This document shows, one piece after another, positions 25,382 through 34,540 of a stretch of DNA of 64,000 bases (position 1 is its first letter; the number at the start of each line of letters is the position of its first letter). Origin of the DNA: Elusimicrobiota bacterium. GTDB lineage: Bacteria; Elusimicrobiota; Elusimicrobia; UBA1565; UBA9628. The notes beneath the pieces were generated by a model, which was given only the letters and a program-made list of their open reading frames with translations, made no database searches and had not been told where the DNA came from. Location: contig JACRDT010000007.1 of NCBI GenBank assembly GCA_016212795.1, positions 299,627 through 363,626 of the forward strand. The letters run 5' to 3'. A program made the translations under genes and the position numbers.

Positions 25382-27910
25382 ATGACGGGCGCAGCCGCCG
25401 CCGGCATCGCGCTTTCCCTGCCGGGTCTTCTGGCGGCGGACGGGCCGCCGTGCGGTTTCGACACGAAGGCGTTCGGCGCCGACTGCCTCGGCGATGAGGA
25501 GCGCGCCGGGCTGCCGGAGGATAGGCTCGTCAAGTGGGTGGAGTCCTGCTCGTCGAGCGTCGACGCGTCGAGGATGGCCTGCCACTCGGCCATCGAAAAG
25601 CTCGAGGCCGACTTCTCCGGCCCCCTGTCCGACGAGCAGCGCCGGGAGCTCGCCGACAAGATCGCGGCACACAAACGCACGGCCGACGAGCTCAGCGACG
25701 CCATCCAGCATTACCTCAGTCGGGAAGACACTCAAAAGGCGCTGGAAAGGCTTGAGAGCGGACACGTAACGCTCACGAACCAGACTCGACGCCTCGTCAC
25801 GGATACCGAGGCGGTATGGGACGCGGCGGATTTCGTGTCCGGCAAGGTCTCCGAATGGCTGCAGGGGCGCTCCGACAAGGGCCCGCGGGCCGAGAACACC
25901 GGCCTTCCGGTCTCCGGCGCAGGCCGGGTCGAGCCAGGGAAGGACCCTCCGTTGAAGACGGAGCCGGCCGCGCCCGACCCGGAGGAGCTCCGCCGCCTGG
26001 CGGGCAAGGAACAGCGCCTCGCCAAGAGCGGGGGCTCGCCCGAGGACCTGGCGGACTCTTGGAGGCTGCTGGGCCGGCAGTACGAGCACGCGGGCAGCAC
26101 GGAGGCGGCGAGCCGCGCCGTGGACCGCTCCATCGCGCTCTACCCCGGCAATCCCGACGCGTACGTGACCCGCAGCGGCGTGAGGCTCGCGGGCGGCGAC
26201 CGCGCCGGCGCCTTGAGGGATGCCAAGAAAGCCTTGGAACTCGACCCGGGCCATCCCAGGGCGCGCAAGCTGGAGGCTGCCCTGACCTCCGCGCTCGGCG
26301 GCGGGCTCGACGACAAACTCAGGCTCCGCCAGCCGGTCTTCGACTCCTCGGCCGGGCAGCCGGCGGCGGGGGCCGCGGGCGGCGTGGGCGGCGCGGGGGA
26401 TTGGCGCCGCCAGGGCGGCGGGGCGGGGCGGCCGAAGAAGGGGCCGCCGAGCCCGGCGGAACTGGCCGCGGAGGCGGCCAGGCGCAAGCTGCGCGCCGGC
26501 GACTTCACGGGCGCGATCGTGGACCTGACCCGCGCCATCCAGCTCGACCCGCGCAACCCCGCGTTCTGGCGCATGCGCGCCGAGGCGTCCAACCGCTCCG
26601 GCCATCACCGGGCCGCGGCGGAGGACGCGGACCGCGCCTTGAGCCTGGACCCGGACGATCCCCTGGCGCTGCTGGAGCGAGCGTACGCTCGTCTGGAGCA
26701 GGGCGACCCGGCGGGGGCGCTGGCGGACGCCAGGCGCGCCGCGGAGCTCTCGCCCGGGAACGCCCTGGCCCACCTCTACATGGCCATGGCGAAGGAGCGC
26801 CTGGGGGACGCCGCGGGAGCCGCCGCGGACTACGAGGCCGCGGCGAAGCTCGACGCGGCCCTGCGGGCGGTGGCGGACGAGGCCATGGCTCGGATGGGCG
26901 CCAAGTCCCCCCGGCCCGCGGCGCAGGGGCTCTGGCCCGGGCTGCGCCGCAGGGGGCCGATCCTCCCGCTGCTGGCGGTCGCGACGCTGCTGATCGGATT
27001 TCCGTTGACGCGCAAGCTGGCGGGGTGGACCACGCGGTCCCAGCCCGCGGAGCCTCCCCTCGAGCCCAGCCTGGCGACCTTGGCGGAACGCCCGGCGATC
27101 CTGGCTCCCGGCGCCATGGTGGGGAGCAACCTGTGCGTCGTCCGGGAGCTCGGGCGCGGCGGCATGGGAGTGGTCTACGAGGCCTTCGACACGGCCCTGC
27201 ACCGCTGCGTGGCGGTCAAGCAGCTGCGCCGAAACCTCTACCCGGCCCCCCAGGACTACGAGCGTTTCCTCCGGGAGGCGCGCGTGGTCGCCAAGATGAG
27301 GCACCCCAACATCGCGCGGATCCAATCGGTGGTGGAGGCGGAGGGAGACGCGTTCCTGGTGTTCGACCTGGTGCGCGGACGGACGCTGGACGCCGTCGTG
27401 AAGGAGAAGGGGCGGCTGGGCGCCGCCGAGGCGGGCCGGATCGTGGGCGAGGTCTGCGCCGCGCTCGAGCATGCCCACGGCCACGATGTGATCCACCGGG
27501 ACCTCAAGCCCGCCAACGTCATGCTCGACGACGGGGGCCGCTGCCTGGTGATGGACTTCGGCATCGCCCACCAGTCCCGCTCGGCGGGCAAGCAGACCTG
27601 GACCGCGGCGTGGGGCACGCCGCCGTACATGGCGCCGGAGCAGGAGCTCGGCAGGGTGTCGCTGGAGTCCGACCTGTTCGCCGTGGGCGTGATGGCCTAC
27701 GAGCTGCTGACGGGAAGCCTGCCGTTCAAGGGGCCGAACTTCCTGGCGGACAAGATGGAGCGCCGCTGGGCGCCCGTCACCCGGCTGGACCCCGGCCTGC
27801 CCGCGGCCCTCGACGCGTTCTTCGCCAAGGCGCTGGAGCCCGAGCCGGCCGCGCGCTTCAGGGGCGCGCGCGAACTCGGAGCGTCCTTCGCTGGAGCCGC
27901 GGGCGCGTAG
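25382..27910 (+). CDS. Ser/Thr protein kinase, paralog of 4062..6554 (4-Cys helical + TPR ectodomain, one TM, C-terminal kinase)
   Basis: Trimmed from the 1080-aa ORF, whose 5' part overlaps tatA and the YfiM-like gene on the other strand. Motifs: GRGGMGVVYEA, VAVKQL, HRDLKPANVM, DFGIAH, GTPPYMAPE. TM is ILPLLAVATLLIGFPL. The TPR block aligns with the first kinase. Start is uncertain: ATG 25382 chosen, 25277 possible. Confidence 0.8.
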   Translation: MTGAAAAGIALSLPGLLAADGPPCGFDTKAFGADCLGDEERAGLPEDRLVKWVESCSSSVDASRMACHSAIEKLEADFSGPLSDEQRRELADKIAAHKRTADELSDAIQHYLSREDTQKALERLESGHVTLTNQTRRLVTDTEAVWDAADFVSGKVSEWLQGRSDKGPRAENTGLPVSGAGRVEPGKDPPLKTEPAAPDPEELRRLAGKEQRLAKSGGSPEDLADSWRLLGRQYEHAGSTEAASRAVDRSIALYPGNPDAYVTRSGVRLAGGDRAGALRDAKKALELDPGHPRARKLEAALTSALGGGLDDKLRLRQPVFDSSAGQPAAGAAGGVGGAGDWRRQGGGAGRPKKGPPSPAELAAEAARRKLRAGDFTGAIVDLTRAIQLDPRNPAFWRMRAEASNRSGHHRAAAEDADRALSLDPDDPLALLERAYARLEQGDPAGALADARRAAELSPGNALAHLYMAMAKERLGDAAGAAADYEAAAKLDAALRAVADEAMARMGAKSPRPAAQGLWPGLRRRGPILPLLAVATLLIGFPLTRKLAGWTTRSQPAEPPLEPSLATLAERPAILAPGAMVGSNLCVVRELGRGGMGVVYEAFDTALHRCVAVKQLRRNLYPAPQDYERFLREARVVAKMRHPNIARIQSVVEAEGDAFLVFDLVRGRTLDAVVKEKGRLGAAEAGRIVGEVCAALEHAHGHDVIHRDLKPANVMLDDGGRCLVMDFGIAHQSRSAGKQTWTAAWGTPPYMAPEQELGRVSLESDLFAVGVMAYELLTGSLPFKGPNFLADKMERRWAPVTRLDPGLPAALDAFFAKALEPEPAARFRGARELGASFAGAAGA

Positions 27911-27961
27911 GCCGCGCCGCGGCGTGCGGGCCCGGCCGCGGGGTTCGGGGCCGCCGGCGGG

Positions 27962-30667
27962 TCACGGGCGGAGGAGGAGGTCCTCCCCGGTCTCCGAGCC
28001 GATGGTCATCTGGGGCGTCTGCTCGCGGTTGTCGCGCCGGGCCCGGTCCTTCACGTTGGGCAGCAGGAAGTCGTAGAGCGACTTCACCGTCACCTTCCCG
28101 TCGGCATCCTTGGCCGCGCCGTTGAGCCCCTTGAGCAGGTAGTACGTGAACAAGCCGTGGCCCTGGTCCGGCGCGGTCCCCGAGATCTCGTCGGACTGGG
28201 AGGCGCTGAAGGTGACCGTCTTCCCGGTGCCTGCCACCCCCAGCTCCAGCTTGCTGACCAAAGGCCGGGTCCCGGGCGCCAGGACCGAGCGGCCTCCGGC
28301 GCCGGAGAAGCAGGAATCCAGCGCGACGATCACCCGCCGGACCTTGAGCCCGTTGAGCGTGTCGTAGAGGCGCTTCACGGGGTAGGCGGTCTCGGCCAGG
28401 TATTTCGGGTCCCCGTCGGACGGCAGCAGGTAGGCCTGGCCGCTGACCGGGTCCGGGGCCCCGTGGCCGGAGTAATAGAAGAAGACGGTCGACTTCTCGT
28501 TGGCGTTGCGCGGGAGCCAGGTCTCGATGTGCTTGAGCAGGCCGGTCTTGGTGGCCTTGGCGCCCGTCAGGAAGACGATGTTGCGCTCGGGCACGCCCAG
28601 GCCGCGCAGGTGCTCCCGGACGGCCTCGGCGTCGCGCTCCGCGAACTGTGCGTCGGGGAGGTCGGAGTACTTCTCCACCCCGGCCACGATGGCCAGCTGG
28701 TCCGGGTCCTCCGGGACGGCGTACGCGGGCCGGTCCACCTCGGTGGAATACGACACCTGGACCGGGGCCTTGTCCTCGACCTTGCTCACGGTGGCCTTCC
28801 GGATGGCCTCGTCCATCATGCGCTGCATCTCGTCCTTGTCCACGGACGGGGAGGAGGGCGTCGAGCCGCGCTTGGGCTTCTCCAGGCCCTCCTGGTAGCG
28901 GACCAGGAGGCGCACGATGTCCCCCTGGCCCTGGACCTCGGCCATGAGCGCGGCGGTCTGCTTTTTGCGGTTCTTGATCTTCATGTCGGCCCCGTGCAGG
29001 AGGAGAGCCTTGACCAGGTCCACCCGGCCGTCGCGCGCGGCCAGCATGAGCGCCGTCAGGCCCAGGGTCTTCTCCTTGGCGTCGATCTCCTTGCCGGAGG
29101 CCAGGACGAGCCCGACCAGGTCCGCGTCCCCGTTGACCACCGCGTGCATGAGCGGGGTCCAGCCGGATTCCTCCGTCCCCGCCGTCCGGGTCCCGCCGCG
29201 GATGAGCTCCTTGGCGATGTCGTTCTTCTTGAGCGAGATGGCGTGCACGAGTGCGGTCCGGCCCCGCGCGTCCTTCCGGTTGACGTCGGCCCCCTTGGCC
29301 AGCAGGGCGCGGACGATCTCGAGGTCCCCGTGTTGGACCGCGAGCATCAGGGGCGTCAGCCCTTCCTGGTACGTCCCCCCCTGGTCGGCGCCTCGCCGCG
29401 CCAGCTCGAGCGCGATCTCGCCCTTGCTCCCCAGCAGCGCCTGCATGAGCGCGGTGCGGCCTGCCTCGTCGCGCGCGCCGCTGTCGGCCTTCTTCTCCAG
29501 CATGAGCCCGGCCAGCTCGGGGTCGCCGCGCTCGACCGCGAGCATCAGGGTCGTGCGCCCTTTCTCCGAGCCTCCGAGCTCGGCCCCGCCCCGCACCAGC
29601 TCCTTGGCGGCGTCGATGCGGTTGTTGAGGAGGGCCCACATCACCGCGGTCCGGCCGTCGGCGTCCTTGGCCTTGGTGTCGGGCTTGCGCTCCATCGCGG
29701 TCTTGACCACGGCGGCGTCGCAGTGCCGCACCGCCATCATCAGGGTCGTCTCCTTGGTGTCGCCCAACCCCGAGATGTCCGCGCCGCCGCGCAGGAGCTC
29801 GAGGGAGACCGCCTTGTCGCCGGCCAAAAGAGCCTGCATGAGCGCCGTGTGCTTCCTGGCATCCCGGCGCTCGGTGTCGGCCCCTTTCTCCAGCAGGATC
29901 CTCACGATCGCCGGGTCCGAGCGCTTGACCGCGTACATGAGGGCGGTGCGGTCCTGCCCGTCGCGCCGCGCGGCGTCGGCTCCCCGGGCGAGCATCTCCT
30001 GCAGGACGGGGGGTTCCGCGAGCTCGGCGGCCAGCATCAAGGCGTCCCGGCCGCCGTCGGTCTCCCCTCCGAGGTCGGCGCGGTTTTTCAAGAGCAGCAG
30101 GGCGAGGTCCCCTTTCTTCTGGAGGATGGCCTGCATCAGGGGGGTGGCCCCGCCCCTGTCCTTGGCCCTGGTGTCGGAGCGCCTCTCCAGCATGGCGCGT
30201 ACCAGGTCCGCGTCGCCGAGCTCGATGGCGAGGTGGAGCGTGCTGCGGCCGTCCTTGTATTTGCCGTTGACCTCGGCCGCCGAGGCGGCCAGGAGCTTGG
30301 CCGTGGCGAGCAGGTCAGGCTCGGGGCGGGCGGCTCGCGCCAGCGCCCGCATGAAGACGGTCTGGGACTCGGCGTCCTTGGCGTTGAGCTTGGCCCCCCT
30401 GTCGAGCAGCAGCCGGAAGACTTGGGCGTGGGAGGCGGGCGGGGCGGCCCAGACGAGTTGGTGGAGAGGCGGCAGGCCGCCGGCGTTCCTGGCGTTCGGG
30501 TCCGCGCCCGCCTCCAGGAGACGTTTGACCTCGTCGACCTGGCCATCGGCGACGGCGCGGGGAAGCAGGTCCTTGGCCGGCTTGGCGGGCTTGGCGGCGA
30601 CGGCGGGCGGGATCGCCCCCGCGAGCAACAGCGGCACGATGAAGAGGACCGGGCGCATCGATGGCAT
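27962..30667 (-). CDS. ankyrin-repeat protein with C-terminal caspase-like (peptidase C14) domain, secreted
   Basis: Signal peptide MPSMRPVLFIVPLLLAGAIPPAVAA. A long array of 33-aa ankyrin-like repeats (G.T.LM.A...G....V..LL..GAD....D). The C-terminal domain has FYYSGHGAP and ALDSCFSGAGG and is clearly paralogous to the 1869..4055 C-terminus (VDRP.Y...EDP....V.GVE.Y.DLP.A.FAERDAEAVREHL). Confidence 0.85.
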   Translation of the reverse strand: MPSMRPVLFIVPLLLAGAIPPAVAAKPAKPAKDLLPRAVADGQVDEVKRLLEAGADPNARNAGGLPPLHQLVWAAPPASHAQVFRLLLDRGAKLNAKDAESQTVFMRALARAARPEPDLLATAKLLAASAAEVNGKYKDGRSTLHLAIELGDADLVRAMLERRSDTRAKDRGGATPLMQAILQKKGDLALLLLKNRADLGGETDGGRDALMLAAELAEPPVLQEMLARGADAARRDGQDRTALMYAVKRSDPAIVRILLEKGADTERRDARKHTALMQALLAGDKAVSLELLRGGADISGLGDTKETTLMMAVRHCDAAVVKTAMERKPDTKAKDADGRTAVMWALLNNRIDAAKELVRGGAELGGSEKGRTTLMLAVERGDPELAGLMLEKKADSGARDEAGRTALMQALLGSKGEIALELARRGADQGGTYQEGLTPLMLAVQHGDLEIVRALLAKGADVNRKDARGRTALVHAISLKKNDIAKELIRGGTRTAGTEESGWTPLMHAVVNGDADLVGLVLASGKEIDAKEKTLGLTALMLAARDGRVDLVKALLLHGADMKIKNRKKQTAALMAEVQGQGDIVRLLVRYQEGLEKPKRGSTPSSPSVDKDEMQRMMDEAIRKATVSKVEDKAPVQVSYSTEVDRPAYAVPEDPDQLAIVAGVEKYSDLPDAQFAERDAEAVREHLRGLGVPERNIVFLTGAKATKTGLLKHIETWLPRNANEKSTVFFYYSGHGAPDPVSGQAYLLPSDGDPKYLAETAYPVKRLYDTLNGLKVRRVIVALDSCFSGAGGRSVLAPGTRPLVSKLELGVAGTGKTVTFSASQSDEISGTAPDQGHGLFTYYLLKGLNGAAKDADGKVTVKSLYDFLLPNVKDRARRDNREQTPQMTIGSETGEDLLLRP

Positions 30668-31302
30668 GACATCCCCCAGGGAGGCGGCAGGCGACAGCGG
30701 CGCCCCCTGAAGATAGGATAGCGCCCGAGGACCCCGGCGTCAAGCCGGCCTGTAGCGGCCGCGGGGCTCGACCTCACTCACTTTTCGGCGGGCCTGACTT
30801 TGGGCAAGCTTCCCGGCCTCCCTGGGCGAGGGCCGCGACGAGGCGGCCAGTGAGATCGAGGTGCTGATCGCGTGTGCATGCATTCCGCTGGTTCCGGGCC
30901 GAGGAAAATGACGTTTCCATGGATTCTACTTCAGCGATGAAAGAGAAATGACTGGAAACGCAATCAGGTCTTTGTCAGACAGTACGCGTTGGTGCGTCAT
31001 GAGGCTAATGGCCCACCTGGATTTGGGTCCAATGACAGTCTTGTCCGAGGCACCCGATGTTGAAGTCAGCTGATTCTCCGTCACTTACAGCGCCGAGCTA
31101 GTCTGGTTCCTGCCACGTGGAATCCAGGCAGAAACGTAGTCGCCATAAGCGGGCATCCGCGACATAGCAGGATATCGTGAGTCCCGCCCCCCCCAGGAGG
31201 TTCGCCCTCCGAACCGCCATTGGGATATGTTACCATGAGAAAATCGACCATGAACGACCGGGGTCTGGGCGGGAAAGGCGGGGTCCTCGATGCTGGTCAA
31301 AC

Positions 31303-31334
31303 GGCCGGGCGAAGCCCGGCTGTGCCGGGCTTTT
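31303..31334 (+). terminator. intrinsic-terminator-like hairpin with a competing upstream arm (three-arm attenuator-like arrangement)
   Basis: GCCGGGC (31304-31310) gaa GCCCGGC (31314-31320) tgt GCCGGGC (31324-31330) TTTT (31331-34). The middle arm can pair with either neighbour. The downstream pairing is an 8-bp GC stem followed by a T-run, 41 nt before ATG 31376. Confidence 0.35.
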
Positions 31335-31375
31335 CAGTCGGCTGGAAGGGGATCAATCGCTAGGGAACCGGGCGC

Positions 31376-32215
31376 ATGAATCGGACGATCGACCTGATAC
31401 TCCTGACGCTCGGCTGTCTATCCATCGGTGCGGGAACATACGTCATCGCCGCCGATTCCCCGCTCCTAGAGGGCATCGGCGGGATGGGCGTCGTGTTCAA
31501 GGGGTGGGACCGGGAGCTCGAGCGGGACGTCGCAATCAAGCGGATGCATGGCGCCATCGCCAAGGACGCGAAGGCCCGGGACCAGTTCCTCCGGGAGGCC
31601 CGCACCGTCGCCAAGCTCAACCACCCCTACATCGTGGCCATCCACGACATCGTCCGGTCCGCAGACGACCTCTACCTCGTCTTTGAGCACGTCGACGGGG
31701 AGACCATTTCGGACATCCTGGTCAGCAGCAAAAAGCTCGAACCCAAGGAGTGCGTCCGCATCCTGCGCTTCGTCTGCGAGGCCCTGGCTCACGCACACGA
31801 GAACGGCGTCATCCATCGCGACCTCAAGCCCGCCAACATCATGATGAGCAGGCGCGGCTACGTGAAGGTCATGGATTTCGGCATCGCCAGGCACCTCTCG
31901 GCCGGCCACAAGTTGGGAGAGGGGACCATAGCGGGCACCCTGCCCTACATGGCCCCCGAACAGCACGACGGGAAGTCCTCGGCGCAGTCGGATGTCTACT
32001 CCCTGGGCGTCGTGGCCTACGAGTTCCTCATGGGCGAGCGCCCATTCTCGGGCGTCCACTGCCACAGGGACAAGGAGGCGGAACGCTTCCCTCCCCTGTC
32101 CAAGAACCTTCCTGAAGGGCTCTCCCGCCTAGTCATCGCCTGCCTCAAGAAGGACCCGGCGGCCAGGCCCCAGGGGATGAGCCGGGTGATGGCCGGGCTG
32201 GTGGCGGCCCGCTGA
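31376..32215 (+). CDS. short Ser/Thr protein kinase: N-terminal TM + kinase domain only
   Basis: LILLTLGCLSIGAGTYVIAA, then GIGGMGVVFKG, VAIKRM, HRDLKPANIM, DFGIAR, GTLPYMAPE. It has no ectodomain and a shortened N-lobe lead-in. Confidence 0.75.
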   Translation: MNRTIDLILLTLGCLSIGAGTYVIAADSPLLEGIGGMGVVFKGWDRELERDVAIKRMHGAIAKDAKARDQFLREARTVAKLNHPYIVAIHDIVRSADDLYLVFEHVDGETISDILVSSKKLEPKECVRILRFVCEALAHAHENGVIHRDLKPANIMMSRRGYVKVMDFGIARHLSAGHKLGEGTIAGTLPYMAPEQHDGKSSAQSDVYSLGVVAYEFLMGERPFSGVHCHRDKEAERFPPLSKNLPEGLSRLVIACLKKDPAARPQGMSRVMAGLVAAR

Positions 32216-32336
32216 CCCGTCCGCGGTTCCACGTAGCCCCGGCGTTGCCTGGAGCGTTCTCCTTGCGCGTCGAAACCGGCCCCGCTTCCTGACTCCCGGC
32301 TGGTCGGACTCCCGCCGGGGCTCCCGTTGTTCCTTG

Positions 32337-32360
32337 AAGGCTGACGGTCCAGCCTGTTTT
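32337..32360 (+). terminator. weak intrinsic-terminator candidate downstream of the short kinase
   Basis: AAGGCTG acggtc CAGCCTgTTTTC: a 6-bp stem followed by a T-run, ~120 nt after the stop at 32215. Confidence 0.25.
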
Positions 32361-32557
32361 CTATAGATCTTGCTCGGGGTCCTGCCGCCGGTGGGCCGAC
32401 ACCGTGCTCTACTGCGTCTGGACGCACCAGAGCACGCTCGGACCCTCGCAAGAGGAGGCGTCCCCGACGGATAGGGGCCGGGACGCTTGCCCCAAGTCGG
32501 GCCCGTCGAAAGGTGGGGGAGGTCGAGGTTGCGGGGGCGACAGGCCTCCGGCGCGGG

Positions 32558-34540
32558 TTACTCGTAGCGGAGCGCCTCGATGGGCGAGAGCAACGACGCC
32601 CGCCTGGCGGGCCAGTAGCCGAAGACCACGCCCACGCCCGCGGAGAACACGAAGGCCAGGGCCACGGATTCGGGCGTGACCACCACGGCCCAGCCCGCGA
32701 GCTTGGAGATGGCCAGCGAGACCGACCCGCCGAGCAGGATGCCGAGCACGCCGCCCAAGGCCGCCAGGGAGGCGGACTCCATCAGGAACTGCGACAGGAT
32801 CGCCCGCCTGGTCGCGCCCAGGGCCTTCCTGAGCCCGATCTCCCGGGTGCGCTCGCTGACCGACACGAGCATGATGTTCATGATGCCGATGCCGCCGACC
32901 AGGAGCGAGATGGCGGCCACGATGCCCAGCAGCATGGAGAAGGTCTTGGTGGTGCCTTCGAGGGCGGCCTGGATGTCGGCCATGTTCCTGAGGTCGAAGT
33001 CGTCCTCCTTCCAGTCCGGGAGGCGGTTGCGCCTGCGCATCAGGGCGCGGACGTCCGCGATGGCGGGGGCGATGTTCTCCGGGGCGTCGCACTCGAAGGC
33101 GATGTTGTTCAGGTGCTTCTTGCCGACGAGCCGGCGCATGGCGGTCTTCAAGGGCACCAGGACCATGTCGTCCTGGTCGCGGAAGCCCCCCGCGCCCTTG
33201 GCGGGCAGGACGCCGACGACCTCGAAGCCGATGCGGTTGAGCTTGACGGTCTTGCCCACCGGGTTGTCGTCGCCGAAGAGGTTGGTGACCACGGTCTGGC
33301 CCAGGAGCACCACCCGGGAGAGCCGCTCGTTCTCGGCCTCGGTGAAGAACCTCCCGAAGTAGGGCTGGGCGTTGCGCATGGCGGCGTAGACCGGCAGGGC
33401 CCCGGTGGCCTGGGTGTTGGCGTTCTTGTCCGCGTAAACGGCCTGGACCTGGCCGCTGACATTGCCGTCCGCTGCCACGATGTGCGGGTTGGCCTTGGCC
33501 ACGGCCTTGAGGTCGTCGAGGTCGAGGCGGCTGGTGGACCCTCGCTCGCCCCGGACGCCGTGCGATGAAGGGGAGCCAGGCATGAGCATGACCAGGTTCG
33601 AGCCGAGGCTGGCGAGCTGGCGCTCGATGGATTTCTGCGCGCCCTTGCCCAGGGCGAGCATGGCGATGACCGCGGCCACGCCGATGAGGATGCCGAGCAT
33701 GGAGAGCGCGCTCCTGACCTTGTTGGCGGCCATGGCGCGCGCGGCCGAGGACCAGTACTCGCGGAACTCCGCCAGGCTCGACCCGGCGGGCGTGGCCATG
33801 ACCCCGGCGAGCCTGGCGGGCCTGGTCGCGACCGCGACCCCGCCTTTGGGGCCGCCACCTCCGTCGCCGGCGGTCGTGTCGGAGACCACCGTGCCGTCGC
33901 GGATGCGGATGACCCGCCGGGCGTGGCCGGCCACCTCCGGGTCGTGGGTCACGATGACCACGGTGACCCCGCCCTTGTTGAGGAGCTTAAGGTACTCGAG
34001 GATCTCCGCGGATTGGTCCGTGGCCAGGTTGCCCGTGGGCTCGTCGGCGAAGATGATCTTGGGCCGGTTGGCCATGGCGCGGGCGATGGCGACCCGCTGC
34101 TGCTGGCCGCCGGAGAGCTGGTTGGGCTTGTGGCCGACGCGGTCGGCCAGGCCGACCTCCCGGAGCAGGTCCCGGGCGCGCTCGTCCCGGCGCGGGGCGC
34201 CCGAGTAGATCATCGGGAGCGTGACGTTCTCGAGCGCGCTCGTGCGGGAGAGCAGGTTGAACATCTGGAAGACGAAGCCGATGAAGCGCGAACGGATGGC
34301 CGCGGCCTCGTCCTCCGCGAGCCGGGAGACGTCCTGGCCGGCCAGGAGGTAGGCGCCCGAGGTGGGCTTGTCGAGCATGCCGAGGATCTGCAGGAGCGTG
34401 GATTTCCCGGAGCCCGACGGGCCCATGATGGCCGCGAACTCCCCTTCCTCGATGGAGAGGTCGATGCCCTTGAGGATCTTGAGCTCCTCCGCGGCCATCA
34501 GGTAGGACCGGGTGATGCCGCGCAGCTCGACGAGGGCCAT
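32558..34540 (-). CDS. macB: MacB-type ABC transporter (fused ATPase + FtsX-like permease)
   Basis: GPSGSGKST Walker A, LSGGQQQRVAIARA signature and IIFADEPTGNLA Walker B, followed by a 4-TM FtsX-type permease with a large periplasmic loop. Confidence 0.9.
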   Translation of the reverse strand: MALVELRGITRSYLMAAEELKILKGIDLSIEEGEFAAIMGPSGSGKSTLLQILGMLDKPTSGAYLLAGQDVSRLAEDEAAAIRSRFIGFVFQMFNLLSRTSALENVTLPMIYSGAPRRDERARDLLREVGLADRVGHKPNQLSGGQQQRVAIARAMANRPKIIFADEPTGNLATDQSAEILEYLKLLNKGGVTVVIVTHDPEVAGHARRVIRIRDGTVVSDTTAGDGGGGPKGGVAVATRPARLAGVMATPAGSSLAEFREYWSSAARAMAANKVRSALSMLGILIGVAAVIAMLALGKGAQKSIERQLASLGSNLVMLMPGSPSSHGVRGERGSTSRLDLDDLKAVAKANPHIVAADGNVSGQVQAVYADKNANTQATGALPVYAAMRNAQPYFGRFFTEAENERLSRVVLLGQTVVTNLFGDDNPVGKTVKLNRIGFEVVGVLPAKGAGGFRDQDDMVLVPLKTAMRRLVGKKHLNNIAFECDAPENIAPAIADVRALMRRRNRLPDWKEDDFDLRNMADIQAALEGTTKTFSMLLGIVAAISLLVGGIGIMNIMLVSVSERTREIGLRKALGATRRAILSQFLMESASLAALGGVLGILLGGSVSLAISKLAGWAVVVTPESVALAFVFSAGVGVVFGYWPARRASLLSPIEALRYE

